Of a DNA stretch of 64,000 nt, positions 28,740-43,400 are shown piece by piece (within the stretch, counting starts at the first letter, position 1; the number at the start of each line of letters is the position of its first letter). The position numbers were made by a program, and so were the translations under genes. Below the pieces are notes generated by a model. It was given only the letters and a program-made list of their open reading frames with translations. It was not told the origin of the DNA and did no database searches. Source of the DNA: the human T2T-CHM13v2.0 reference genome, Homo sapiens; the NCBI RefSeq assembly GCF_009914755.1, contig NC_060936.1, one strand, 5' to 3'.

Positions 28740-29470
28740 AACGCCTCTACCACGCTTCACTCCCCTCTGCAAGGTGCGGCAGCACAGACCCCGCGCCCCC
28801 AGGCTGTCAGATTGCTCAAACCCTCCCCAGGAAAGCGCAGCAGCACTGAGAAGCGCGGCCCAGACAGAAACCCGGGCACCTCGTCCCCTTTGTCCCACAC
28901 GAGGCATTCTTACACGGGCCAGGCACACCGGAGTCACGTTGTGCTGCTGGCCCCAGTGGCTGAAAGTAGAGGCTGATAAATTTAAATCACTGCTGAGATG
29001 ACAGCCCATCGCTGTGCCAGGAGAGGAGCCAAGTCTGCCAAGATCAGGACTTGATGGTGAAGCAAACGCTGGCACAGCCGTGCTGGCCCCGGGCCACGCG
29101 CACATGGCCAGGGCGTTTAGCACTCGGGCCTCCGCACCAGCAGGAGCGAGGCCGTGTCTTCCAACTCCCTCGACAGGCGTGAGGGGCACCTGCCAGCGCC
29201 GTCGGGGGCCTGGGGCACCAGATGGCTGCAGGGCCGGAGGAGGAAGGGGTGTGGACTGGAAAAGGTGTCGAGGCGGGAAGGGGACGCTCTGCTGGGAGGA
29301 AGAGGCCGCTACGAGCCCAGAAGGCAGCGGGGAGAGAACAGCGCAAGGCACAGGCGGCTGTTTGCACCAACTCATTTGCCGGCGTATACCTCGCGCTCGC
29401 TGGGAAGCATTTGCACAGGCTGCAAAGCGCAGCGATTAGAGACCCGCTTCCAAATAAAATCACCGTGGAG
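28740..29470. promoter_or_regulatory. CpG-island-like segment
   Basis: Roughly 45-50 CpG in ~730 GC-rich bp by manual count. Confidence 0.5.
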
Positions 29471-31609
29471 AGACTACATTTTCTTTTCAGCTAATCCTTT
29501 CATTATCTCACCTTGTTAAAGTGAAAATGTCATTATAGCTTTTTTCAGGTCAGCGCCCAGATCCTGCTGCTAAAACCTCGTCTAGTTCCTGATACTTTAT
29601 GAATCAGAGACCCATCCGCCAAAGCCATGTTCAAAGGGCAGGATCGAGAGTGGCAAGTATCACTGGTCACATCCAAGCGCCTCTTTCAGATGTGAGTATC
29701 GCTGTCTATAAGCAGAATATTTGTCCCCGAAAGATGTATAAGTAAATCATGTTTAAGAGATCAGTGGCCCTATTGTATTGCATAACTATTTCAGAGATGC
29801 CTCGCGTTTTAATCCACCTGTAAGATGTGGTATAGGAGGTTAACCAGTCGCCCACGCCCCCCAGCACATCTGGGTGGTGGTTTCTGCACGTTTCACTGTA
29901 TAATTATTTTTATAAACTAAAGGAAAACTAAACAAAGAAGATGTGTGAAAGGTGGTCTTTGTGCCTTTGTTCTGCGTGGTTCTGTGATGTGTATTTTCCT
30001 AGATGTTTGTTTCTTTGGGTAAAGCTTCTAGGTGACTGGGCATTGAACAAAGTAGATGAATAAATACAAGTTGTACTTTCAGAATGGAAAATCATTTAGG
30101 CAATACAGAAAGGTAAGGAAGAAAATGCTTAAAAATTAAGAAACTCCCATCATCTGAAGCATATAGACTTTCAGACATCTTTCTACCCATATTCACATAT
30201 GGAAGAATATATGGGCTTTTACTAAGAAAGTATAATAATGGCTTATTTTTAATTCATTGATTTGCAAATGTTCATTGAACATAGAGTGTGCTTTGGGCAC
30301 GTGCCTCAGGAAATGAGCTTGCAGCAGCATGATAAATGCTGGCAATTACTTCCCAACATGTATCCACAGATGAATTAAAATAGTGCTCAAAGCAATCTGC
30401 GATTTTAGAAATTATTACCACGAGAGACAGTGAAATGAGCCCAAAGACCTGACAATCTCGGCCAACAGCTCAGATCAACTATTGTTAAAATTCGTACTGT
30501 GGGAAAGAGGGGCACATCACAGAAGTCACCAGAGAGCTTACAAAATGACACACTCGGTGACCAGGCTCTGATGCCATTCCAAGCATGGCCCCACAGCTCC
30601 CGGCCCAGCCTGCACTGTTCATGCTGCTTGGCTTTGTGAACAGTTGCGTGGTGGCTTCTCAGCGGCCTTGGTGGCATGGGCAACACGTGCCCAGCTCTGC
30701 ACCATGGGCACCCGGCAGACCCTCCTGCTGTTTCTGAACTCCTCACCTCCAGCCTTTCTAGCCTCACTAGCCTCCCAAGCTTGCTCCCGGTCTCAGGGAG
30801 CCACAGGAACACTCTAGAACACTCTGGAACACTCTGGGGCCATTGGATAACACATACGTTTGCTTAGGTATCAGATCTAATGAAAGAGAAAGAGAAGTAA
30901 TTGACATTGAGTGAACATACACACCACTGTCCCTCCGTGGGGGCGGCCATGTGACCAAGAGCTCCCCCAAGCATGAGTCGTCTTCACCCCTCCATCCGTT
31001 ACCCCCTGTCAGTTACCCCGGGTGACCCTTAGGACTCTGAGCACAGCCGGCGGGCATTCTCCCAGCCCTGCAGCAGGAGGGTGTGCTGGCCTTTCTTGGT
31101 GCCCAAGGGCAGGTGACAGGTACAGGCAGGGGGACACTAAAACCCCACATTCTAAAGACCCCAAAACAGAGGCCACATGGCCCCCTTGGGGCTCATACAG
31201 AGACACAGAACCACCTCCACCACCACTGTCTCCTCCGGCCCCCAATTCCAACTGCTCAGCTGAAACGTTTCGAACCAAGTCTAAACTCTGCAAAACGCTG
31301 GCTGAAACGTGGGCCTCACGTTGCCTGAGGCAGCCCACCCCACTCTTGCCCAGCAGAACTGGAGCGAAGGTCGGTCGCAGGCAGCAGAGAACTGCCCAGT
31401 GTGCGCCGATATCCTCTGTCCCTTTTCATTTCTGAAAAGCGCCGGTTACAGCCCACAAAATTGATTTCATGGCTCCCTAATGGGCTATGACCTGCGCTTA
31501 CAGAAACACTGATTGATACACCAGATAAATCCTCGAGACCAATTTTCTCCCACCCACACCCCTCCATGCCAACACAGCTGCACCAAACATGAGGGGCTCC
31601 CGTGTCCTG

Positions 31610-31901
<292 letters not shown>

Positions 31902-32211
31902 GTAACGACATCCCCTTCTCTTTCATTAGACCTGACACATAAGCAAACTGCAGGCCCGAGAAAAAGGATGATCCAGGATCAGTAGCAGCTCAGCTGGGCC
32001 CCAGGCTGTCTCCCGTGCAGTACGATTCTCCCCTGGACGTTAGAATAGGTGGAGGAGCTGCCTCTGATCCCAAGGCTTAGCTGGGGAGGGGGACGGGCCC
32101 ATCAACACTTCGAGACTGCACCCCAAGTGCTGATGGACACAGAGATACACAGAACCAGTGGAGCCAATCACTGTAAACCCTGCCCGCGAGTGGAGGACCC
32201 AGTAGAGAGGC

Positions 32212-32798
32212 TGTGTTCATTTTCTATGCATCGTACCAAATGATCACAGATGGCGGCTTAAACAGCCCCATGTGTTAGCTCATAGCTCTGTGGGTCAGGC
32301 GTCTGGGCAGGCTCAGCCAGGCGCTCTGCTCACAGTCTTGTGAGGCCAAATTCAAGATGCTGGCCAGGCAGGCTCTTGTCTGCAGGCTCAGGAGTAAGGG
32401 GAGAACCTACTCTCAGTGCACTCAGGCTGTGGGAGTTAAGCGCCTCGCAATTGCAGAGCTGAGGCCCCGTGTCCCGCTGGTGCTGCCAGGGCCTCTCAGC
32501 AACTGGCAGTGCCTTCGGGTCCTCACTTCTGTCTTCAAAGTCAGCAAGGGCGGGTCAAGTCCTCCTCCTGCCTCTGCTCCCTCTACCTCTCCCTTCTGCC
32601 ACCTGACAGAGAAAGCTCTCGGCTTGTGCAGGCTCCAGGGATTAGGCTGGGTTCTCCCAGGCGGCCTCCCTTTCTCAGGGCCCACCATGCCCTGGGGGTG
32701 GGGATCATGGACACAGAGAGAGACATCGTCCCATCCACAGGCTCCAGAGATTGGGGCAGGGAATCTTGCTGGGCACTGCTAGGGGTCTGCCCGCCACA
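32212..32798 (-). mobile_element. MLT1D/E LTR
   Basis: 'ggcggcttaaaca...tagctcatagctctgtgggtcagg...ttcaagatgctggccagg...ggtctgcccgccaca'. Confidence 0.78.
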
Positions 32799-33290
32799 GA
32801 AACTGGTGCTCTTTCCTGCTGCCCGAGAACCTGAGAGAATGAGGCTCTAACAGCTTGAACAGCGGTTTTGCCACCATGAGGCAAGGACCCATTTCAGAAT
32901 GCAGAAAGAAGAAGAAACACAGACTCTTTGGCAACATGATTTGAGCCCTGAATTGAGCCACACCTGATGTCTGCGGTATCCTAGATTTTTCACTTACTCT
33001 GGCCCATGCATCCCCTTTTGGCTAATTCCAGTGGGAGAGGGATTTTCTGTTGCTTGCAACCAATGGTCCTGATTGCAATAACTGTACTATTTTAGCATAA
33101 TCTTTAGGGCTAGCAGTGAGTCCACCAACTGTAGCAGGCCACGCACTTCCACTGGAAGCTCCAAACACCGAGGAAAATGACAAAAGGTCTGAGATTTTTC
33201 TCGGGGTGGAATATGATTTCACACATCAGGAGCTTGAAGCCTGGGACTCAAATATCACTTCTGAGGTGCAGAGAGAACCCAATAGCCCTC

Positions 33291-33430
33291 AGGAAAGCCT
33301 GGTGAGGGACATCTTCCTCTCGCTCCCCAGTGAGATGCCCTGTAATTCACACCAGCCCACAGGGAAGCCTGGTGAGGGACGTCTTCCTCTCCCTCCCCAG
33401 TGAGATGCCCTGTAATTCACAAGGGCCCAC
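33291..33430. repeat. 70-bp tandem duplication
   Basis: aggaaagcctggtgagggacatcttcctctc...tgtaattcaca..gcccac x2. Confidence 0.93.
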
Positions 33431-33830
33431 AGAAAAGAATGTTAAACAGCGTGTTTCTTGTTGGGGGAGGAGGGAGAGGAGCAAATGGGTTTCTCTTTCC
33501 TCAGAGGTCAGTTCCTCAAAGGAGCTGCCAGCCCCGACTCAACAGGGCGGGATGAGATGTAAAGGGAGAAATCTCAAACGCCTCCAGGACCAGGGGCTCA
33601 AGCCTCTCCAGTGCCCTTGTTTTCCTACAGTAACTCCACACCAGACCTAAAGGAAGCCTGTGACTCCTAACACCTGCAACGCTGACCACAGCAACGGCTT
33701 CCTGGGAGTCAGTGAAGGCCCAGCGGAACCAACCCGAGGAATGTGTGCTCACAAAGAGGCCAGGAACAGGCAGGTGGCTGTAGCCCCTTCTACCCAGGAA
33801 TGCCCCTTTCACTTAAGAAGTAGGTACACA

Positions 33831-34121
33831 GGCTGCGTGTGGTGGCTCACACCTGTCCTCACAGCACTTTGGGAGGCTGAGGTAGGCAGATCACTTGAGC
33901 CCAAAAGTTTGAGACCAGCCTGGGCAACACAGTGAGGCCCCATCTCTCCAAAAAAAATACAAAAATTAGCCGGATGTGATGGCCCACACTGGAATCCCAG
34001 CTACTTGGGAGGCTCAGATGGGAAGATCACCTGATCCCAGGAGGTGAAGGCTGCAGTGAGCACAGATGGCCCCACTGCACTCCAGCCTGGACAAAAGAGC
34101 AAGATCCTGTCTCAAAACAAA
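33831..34121 (+). mobile_element. AluJ
   Basis: Diverged dimer with 'gatcacttgagcccaaaagtttgagaccagcctgggcaacacagtgag'. Confidence 0.9.
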
Positions 34122-35150
34122 GAAGAAGCGGGTACCACAGGGAGCCCCACCCAGCTCTTGGGGGAGAAAAACAGCCCAGAAGGGAAGGAGCTCATGCAGA
34201 CGGTGCAGCACATGGTAGGGGTGCCAGCACCCCCAGTTCAGATGATGTGCAAAATTATAATCTTCAAGTAGAAATTAGCAGGAGAATAGAGGCTTCCTGA
34301 GGGTGTGGACTGTGCTTTCCTTGTGGAGGCCCTGGGTGGTTAGAGCGGGTCTGGAACATGGCAGGGGGACGGGTTTCTAGAACGAGGAGAAGCGGATACA
34401 GTCTAAGATGTGGTCTGCGGGTGCTGCGAGGGGTCTAAGGAAAACTGCCCTGGATGCTGCCACGATGAAAAAGGAGATCTTATTTGTTGTAATCACAGGA
34501 CTAGAAAGGGAATTGGAGAGGGCGTCTGCAGAGCTGGTGTGCAGCTGAACTTGCTGGGAAGGGATGAACTCACTACACTGGGAGATGAGAGGCCTGGGTT
34601 TGACTCCTGCCTCTGGAATGATACCTCAGCATTCTCGGGACAGAAGTGGGACAGAAGGAGAGTCCCCCTGAGATGGCACCTTCACCTGCACGTGGGGGGC
34701 CCCCCAGGGCCTTGTGGTCAGGGCGGGTCTGCTGCAGAAGCCTCTTCATGCCTCATTGATTCCATCCTCTCCCCTACCCCTTCCCTCTCCTCCCACTGCT
34801 TGTTTATAACAAAGCATCTTAATTGCCTGGTTTGAGCAACCAAGAATGAAGAATGATTTGACGAGTCTTTTGTTCTCCTTTTTAGTTATTAAATTTTAAT
34901 TAAAAACCATTAAAGGCACCCTTCCCCAATTCACAATAATAAATCTCACCGAGACCCTCACGGTCTCCCTCCAGCCAAGACTGAGGCAGCCTCCTCCCCT
35001 CTTTCCTGACTCCTAGACCACCCCAAACCCTCTTTCCCCAGGAATGCCAAAGGTGCATTCTTAAAAAGAGTTATCCAAGCTGCAGGTCCTGCTGCATTGG
35101 ATTGTGGAATCAATTTAGCAAGGCATAGCATGATCTTTAAAAACTAAACA

Positions 35151-35430
35151 TGGAATGGGATGGGGTGCAGTGGAATAGGTGGAATGGGGTAGAATAGAAT
35201 AGAATAGAGACATGGAATGGGTGGAATGGAATCAAATAGAATGGAAAAGTGGGATGGGATGGGTGGAATGGGATGGGATGGGATGGGATGGGATAGGGTA
35301 GGGTAGGGTAGGGTAGGGTAGGGTAGGGTAGGGTAGGATAGGATAGGGTAGGGTAGGATAGGGTAGAGAGATGGGATTGAACGGCTGGAATGGGATGGAA
35401 ACAAACAGGTGAGAGTTAGGGAATAGAATG
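35151..35430. repeat. Pentanucleotide mosaic (GGAAT/GAATA/GGGAT/GGGTA)n
   Basis: Read directly; follows a Charlie4z-like hAT end at ~35068-35150. Confidence 0.92.
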
Positions 35431-36049
35431 GCAAACACATTTATAAGTGAGGAACTTGCATCAGCTCCATTTTACAGACAAGAAAACTGAGAGTGAAGAT
35501 TGCTCCATGACCAAGTACCTAAGACACGATTTGAACACAGAAGTTTCTCCCATGGCCCTCCAGCTGCCCCCATACTCCTATGGGAGCATTTCTTAGGAAA
35601 CACTCGTCTGTCTCCCCACCGTGTCCATGAGGTCCCTGTGATATGACTCCGTGCTCCATGCCATGGTCATGTAATGATTCAATTGATTGAAAGAAAGAAT
35701 GAATGAATGAATGAAATGTGAAGAAAAGGCACAGGGCCATCTCTCACTCCATTCTTAGAGATAATTTAGGCAATTGGGGAAAGTCTGGGTATACACACAC
35801 TTGCAGACAATCCCATGCTATCCTAACGATGCCTGTGATGGGGGGTCGCCTTGAGGATTGTTAGGGCAAGCACAAAAGGGATGGCTACTTCTCAGACTGC
35901 TTCCATTAAGAACTGGTGACCCCCAAAGCCAGTGATGCCCAGCAATTGTGTGCAGAATCCACTTCTATGCCCACCGTGAGAAAGGCTCTCAGGCCAGAAA
36001 GTAAATGTCCACTGGGAGAGGAGAGCAGGTGCTTTGAAGATCACCAGGG

Positions 36050-36540
36050 CCTACCCCATATGCATTTTGGCCTTCTCCTTTCTAACAGAACCCAAGTCTC
36101 TGGAGGTGGTCATGGAAATAGCTAAATAGCTACATTTCCCAGATTCTGGTGCAGACTAGGGTGGCACATGACAGCTCCAACCAGTGAGTGTAAGCAGAAG
36201 TCACTGAAAGGCGTCGTTCCCAAGAAGGCCCTTTAATTGCGGATGATTCAGCTGTCACTTACTTTCTCTTGCCCCTCGTCCATTACCGCTCCCTTGCTTC
36301 CTGCCTGGAATGCAGGTGTGCTGGCTGGAGCTCCACCAGCTGTCTTGAGAGTATTAAGACAGGATTGTTGTCATCAAGATGGCAGAGCAGCAAGCCAGAG
36401 GGAGCCCAGGTCCCTAAGGATGCAGTGGAGCCTGCACACCAGGAAGCTCTGGGATTCCTGCATCCGAACTTCCATGCCATAAGAATATAAACCCTTCTCT
36501 TGTTTGAGGCACTGCGTAACTGAGCATAATTCTGAATGAG
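36050..36540 (+). mobile_element. MLT1J-like LTR
   Basis: 'ctacatttcccag...gtaagcagaagt...cttcctgcctggaatgcagg...gctggagctcca...gatggcagagcag'. Confidence 0.7.
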
Positions 36541-37902
36541 ATGTCCAGGACATTTATCCCAAGCATGTGGACCAGAAGGGGGTGGTGAATGCCAGCTGTG
36601 TGCAGGCCCCACCCCTGCCAAGAGGCTGCACAAACCAGAACTCTCAAGCAAAACCCTCCTTGGAGGAGGAGTCACTGCAAGGCCACTGCCCTCAACCAGG
36701 GGAACGAGCCATAAACCTTGACTTGAACATCAACTCAGCACTTTGCCCTTCATTCAGTCAGTCACCAGTAGTCATGGCCTCTAGTTCTCTCCCTACCTAG
36801 GAGGCAGAAAAATCATCTGAAAGTGGATATTCAACCATGTCATTCTACATAAAGGACCTTAGAGGCTACCCATGACCTTCAGGACAAAGTCCAGAGTCCT
36901 CACTGCTGCTCGTGATCTCACCCTGTCTCATCGCCAACCTCACTGTGTGCTTCTCTCCTTCCCACCACGCTCCAGCATGCTGGCCTCTCTACGCTCCTGC
37001 CCAAGGCCTTCTCGGGACTGCTCCCCTTCCTGGAAAGCTCCTTTCCACGGCCCTCCCGTAGAGAATTCCGCTCATCCTTCTTCTCTGCATGGATGGTGCT
37101 TCCCTGGACTGGCTTAGTCCCCACTGCGGCAACTTTCCTTGCAGTTGTCATTGCTTGCCACACAGGAGGTAGCAGACACTGACAAAAGTGATTACAAAGA
37201 TGATAGGGTGGGCTGGCTGCTCAGGACAGCCCTGGAGAGGGCACACAAAGAAAGGGAAGAAGCCACATTGGACACGCGGACAGCCATGTTCTTAGCCCTT
37301 GTTCTTAACACAGGGCCTAGCACGTAGTACGTGATCAGCAAACACTAACCAAATGGGTACACAAACAGAACCCAGTGCCTGAGCTGTAAAGTTTATTCCA
37401 GGCCAGACTGAGGATAAGCGAGATCCCACAACAGATCAGTTTCCCGTCAGTGTCGCTCCCATTATGAACGCAAATGTCCAGTCGTGAACACAATATCTGC
37501 CCTTCCACTAGGCTCTGGAGCACCTGTTCACTACAGAAATAGGGAGCATTTCATCTCCACTTAGTTGTCTGAGGTTTTCTTTTTTATAATCCAAGTGCCA
37601 CCAGGTCAGGCCCACATGCTACATCCTGCCTGGAGCCTTCCCTGGTCATGACAAGACCGCAGGGCCCCTCTTCTTCTGAGCCTGAGTTCCTGTTCACTCT
37701 GTTAGCTTCCAGCTGCATCAGCTCCCACGCGAGCCAGGAGGACCACGTGGCCTCAGTCTCCCATCTCACCAAACCCACACTCAGACTTCAACTTGATCTC
37801 CAAATAAGTGACACACTGTCTCAGAGCTACGTTGACAGGATGGAAAGGTGCTGCTCTCCACACAACCTTGTTAAACACTCGACATTTAAATAAACTATTG
37901 AA

Positions 37903-37995
37903 GGCCAGGCATGCCGGCTCCCACCTGCAATCCCACCACTCTTGGAGGCCAAAGTGGGAGGTTCGCTCGAGTCCAGGAGTTGAAGACCAACCTGG
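37903..37995 (+). mobile_element. Truncated FLAM/Alu left arm
   Basis: 'ggccaggcatgccggctcccacctgcaatcccaccactcttggaggccaa...gaccaacctggg'. Confidence 0.8.
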
Positions 37996-39682
37996 GAGGG
38001 AGGGTGGTACATGGTGAGAGTGGGGAGTCCAGGCAGGAACCTCATTCCAAGCGGGCAGGAAAACCACTGGAAGGTTTTAAGCAACAGAGTGAGGTGACCT
38101 AGTTTGTTTCAAAAAGATCAACCCCTGTTTCTGAGTGGCAACCGACCATTGATCAATAAGACTAGAGGCCAGGGGACGAGGCAGAGGCTAGGATGGCTGT
38201 CTAGGTGAAGGGCAGGCTGGTCTGGACTAAGGAGCTAGCAGGGGAGGTGGGAAGAAGAGGTTAGGTATGTTGAAAGTTTAGAGACGTCCAGATGTGCTAT
38301 GGTTTGGATATGGGCTTGAAGAGGAGTCATGGTTGATCCCAAGGCTTTATACTGCAGCAACTAGATGAAATACGTTGCCATTTACAAAAATGAAGACCCC
38401 TGGAGGAGGAGTACATTTATGGGAGTAAGAAATTGCAAGTATATGATTTTGGACAGATGCATTTCAGATGTGCATTGGGTCACCAAGGGGAGATGCTACA
38501 TGGGCAACTGATCACCTACTAAATTCCAGGAGCTGCAGAAGGTACCAACGATGCATGGACACAACCCTGCCCTCCATGCTCACGTCCCAGCCAGCAGGCT
38601 GACGTGTCCACAAGGACAGGCACATGATAAGGGCTTTAACATGGGTACACGCAAAACCTTACTGGGAGTGCAGAAGACGCCTGCACAATGCAGCTGCCTG
38701 GGGAGGGCAGAGACAGACCCAGCTCCTGAAAGGAAGAGGCCGCTGATGGGAGTCTGGGGGATGTGTGTGGTGATCTGGTTTTTCTATACATCAGTCATTC
38801 AGAGGCTACCTTCAAATGTGTCATCTGCATCCCTCAAGTTTGATCTAATAATTTTCTTTAAATTACTGACATTAAACCTGAGTAAGGTTTAAATTTATAG
38901 ATCACCACCACAAAATGAAAGCCAACATCATCAGCCTTAAATGTAAAGTAACAATTAATATAGGTTGTTTTAAAAAGCAGAAGGATATGAATTTCTAGCT
39001 AGATAGCTGAGCTGACTCAGCATTTTGAGCCAGAGGTTCACAAAGCGATCACTGTGAACATTGATCATTTAACAAATGAGGTTTAACAAAGGTGATTAGC
39101 AAGAATTAGAAATATCAAGTCCAACTAACACCAAACTGAGACTTTCTCCTTGATTTAATCAGAAGGAGTAAGGGGAATTAAAAGGAAATAAGTGTGCTAT
39201 TCTGTAATGCCATGTTGTTCAGCAATGTTTGAGAAGCCGCTTAAACCTCTCTTTGGAGTCTCAGTTTGGGAAGCACTGTATCTGGTCAGAGAAAAGGCAG
39301 CATTCAGGGCAGTGGCAACAGCTTCTGCAAAAGCACAGAGGCAGGAAGCAGCCGAGCATGTTTTGAAAGCTACAAATCATCTCACGTGGCTAAAGGGAGA
39401 GGTGAACGGGGGCTGTAAGGTGGGCAGGAGTCAGATTGGGAAGTGCCTCGCCTGCCAGGCTGAAAACAGGGGATTTTATTTTGCAGACAATGAATAAGTG
39501 CCTCCGAAGGGTGTCAAACAAGATGATGGGATCAGGTTCATATTTATAATGAACACACAGGATGGAATGAATGAAGACTGCCAGACTGGAGGTACCTCAG
39601 GAGACACAATACCGGACGAAAGCCATCCTGAACTAAGACCACAGAAATAATAGAGAATTCCAGACCCAAGAAGTATTAATGT

Positions 39683-39975
39683 GGCCAGGTGCAGAGGCTC
39701 ATGCCTGTAATCCCAGTGCTCTGGGAGGTGAAGGCGGGAGAACTGGTTGAGGCCAGGAGCTCAGGACCAGCCTGAGTAACATAGCAAGACCCCTCTCTAC
39801 AAAATATCTCTACAAAATAGCCGGGTATGGTGGTGGACGCCTGTGGTCCCAGCTACTCGGGAGGCTGAGGCGAGAGGATTGCTTGAGCCCAGGAGTTCAA
39901 GGCTGCAGTGGGCTATGATTGCACCACTGTTCTCCAGCCTGGGTGCAGAGGGAGACCTGGCCTCTTTAAAAAAAT
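39683..39975 (+). mobile_element. AluJ
   Basis: 'gaggccaggagctcaggaccagcctgag...ggattgcttgagcccaggagttcaaggctgcagtg'. Confidence 0.9.
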
Positions 39976-40111
39976 CATAATAATTGTGGTAGAATTGGCA
40001 GGCCTTGGCAACTGATTGGAGATAGAAGTTCAGGGAGGAATATTCTGCAATTGTCCTTGTCCTTCCTAAATTGGATGTGGTGCCATCAACCTTCATCAAG
40101 AACACAGAAGG

Positions 40112-40284
40112 GAAATTAGCCAGGCACAGTGGTGCCCACCTGTGGTCCCAGCTACTCCAGAGGCTGAGGCTGGAGGATCGCCTGAGTCCAGGAAGTCAAG
40201 GCAGCAATGAGCTATGATTGCACTGCTGCACTCCAGCCTGGGCCACAAAGCAAGACCCCATCTCTTTAAAAAAACAAAAATAAA
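40112..40284 (+). mobile_element. Alu right arm (FRAM or truncated AluJ)
   Basis: Starts 'aaattagccaggcacagtggtg'; A-rich tail. Confidence 0.88.
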
Positions 40285-40756
40285 AGTGGAAAGAAGGGCG
40301 AGTGTTGGTGAAGAGACAGTGAGCTCCATTTGGGATGCACTGAACTTGCAGGAAATGCAAGAATCAAGAAAAGTTGTCTAGGAAGCAGCTGGAACCATGT
40401 TTAATATTTAGGGGGACATTTGGGGCAGGGATTTGAGCCGTCTTCAACAGCTAACTTGCGGTCACGGGCGTGGAGAGGGACAGCCTGGAGAAGAGGAGAA
40501 AGTTGAGAGCTGTGCTGTGAGGCCCTTCTTCATAGGAGGGGCCATGAAGGAGACAGAGAAGGACAGGGAAGGTGGGAGGGGAACCAGGAGGCAGCAGAGT
40601 AACAGACCCCAGAGATAAAGACTTTCAAGGGAGAAGGCGTGGGCCACAGAGCCAGAGGGGGTGCAACCGTGACTTAGTGAAGCCCCTTCCTTTGGGTCTC
40701 GTTACAGCCACAGAACCCGCCTCCATCTGACTCAAACACTGTCCTTAACTTGCTCA

Positions 40757-42186
<1,430 letters not shown>

Positions 42187-42800
42187 AAAAATACAAAAAT
42201 TAGTCAGCCATGGTGGCAGGTGCCTGTAATCCCAGCTACTCGGGAGGCTGAGGCAGGAGAATCACTTGAACTGGGAGGCAGAAGTTGCAGTGAGCCGAGA
42301 TCATGCCTCTGCACTCCAGCCTGGGTGATGGTGTGAGACTCTGTCTTAAAAAAAAAAAAAAAAAAAAAAAAAAGAAATACAGGTTTTATATTAAAATATC
42401 CCAATTTTTAAAATGCTAGCAACCAATTTTAACCATTTTTTCCCTAATTCTACGTAGGCCAAATAGAAAGCGTGTGTGGGTGGCTCTCAGCCCACAGATG
42501 CCCATCTGCTACCCCTAAGGGGCAGCCATGTTCCCTCCCCAGCCACCCAACTGAGGAAAATGCTTCCTGAACTCTTACTAGCCAGAAAACATTTGATGGT
42601 CTTCCAGTTGGTGTGGTTTTTAGTTTATTTTCTCTCAATCTCTAATTGGCAGGCCATTTCTACAAAGACCCACACAGCCCCAGGCCCGCAACAGCCAAGG
42701 TCCTTTTCTCCCTTCACCCATTCCCCGGAAAGATGCCTGGAGTTGAGGAATCTCTAAGACACCAGCCACACCCCGCAAGGGTCTGCAAGACGGTCAACCA

Positions 42801-43229
42801 CGGCAGTGGACTGAGGAATGTCCCCCGAGAATCACGTTCACTCGAGACCTCAGAATGGGACCTCACTTGGAAGTAGGGTTTTTGAAGATGCAATTCTTAA
42901 GGTAGGAATTCAGATGGGATCATGCTGGGTCAGGGGCCCTCAATCCAACGAGAATGTCCTTCTGGAGATGGAGAAGGCCACATAGAGCCGCAGGAGAAGG
43001 CCATGTGGAGACAGAGGCAGAGGTGGGGGCAGGGGGCTGGCCACAGCCAAGGAACACCTGGAGCCACTGGAAACTGGAAGAGGCAGGAAAGATCCCACCC
43101 TGGAGCACAGCCCTGCCAGCGCCTGGATCTCAGACTTTCGCGTTCAGAACTGGGAGGGAAGAGATTTCTGTTGTTTTAAGCCCCCTAGTTCATTCTAAGT
43201 TATTATGACAGCTGCAGGAAACTGATCCA
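42801..43229 (+). mobile_element. MLT1B LTR
   Basis: 'cctcagaatgggacctcacttggaagtagggtttttgaagatgcaatt...ggccatgtggagacagaggcagag...tttctgttgttttaagcc'. Confidence 0.85.
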
Positions 43230-43267
43230 ACCACCCAACAAATTCCAAACGTTCCATCACACAACAA

Positions 43268-43400
43268 GCACCTTGTGAGCACCTCCTGTGCACACCTTGT
43301 GAGCGCCCACTGCATACACTTTGTGAATGCCCACAGTGCACACTTTGTGAGCACCCACTGTGTACTCTTTGTAAGCACCACTGTGTACAAGCACTTCCTG
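43268..43400. repeat. Degenerate ~24-bp minisatellite x ~5
   Basis: gcacac(c/t)ttgtgagcacccactgt variants. Confidence 0.85.

Larger units (their letters stand above)
38020..40650 (-). mobile_element. L2 fragments interrupted by a hAT element (~38780-39278) and Alus
   Basis: 'ccactggaaggttttaagca...aaaagatca', 'tgccatttac', 'tggatgtggtgccatcaac'. Confidence 0.6.

Noticed and set aside
35270-35365. Interstitial telomere or HSATII/III satellite
   Set aside because: Units are GGGTA/GGGAT rather than TTAGGG, and the tract is short and adjoins a hAT remnant.
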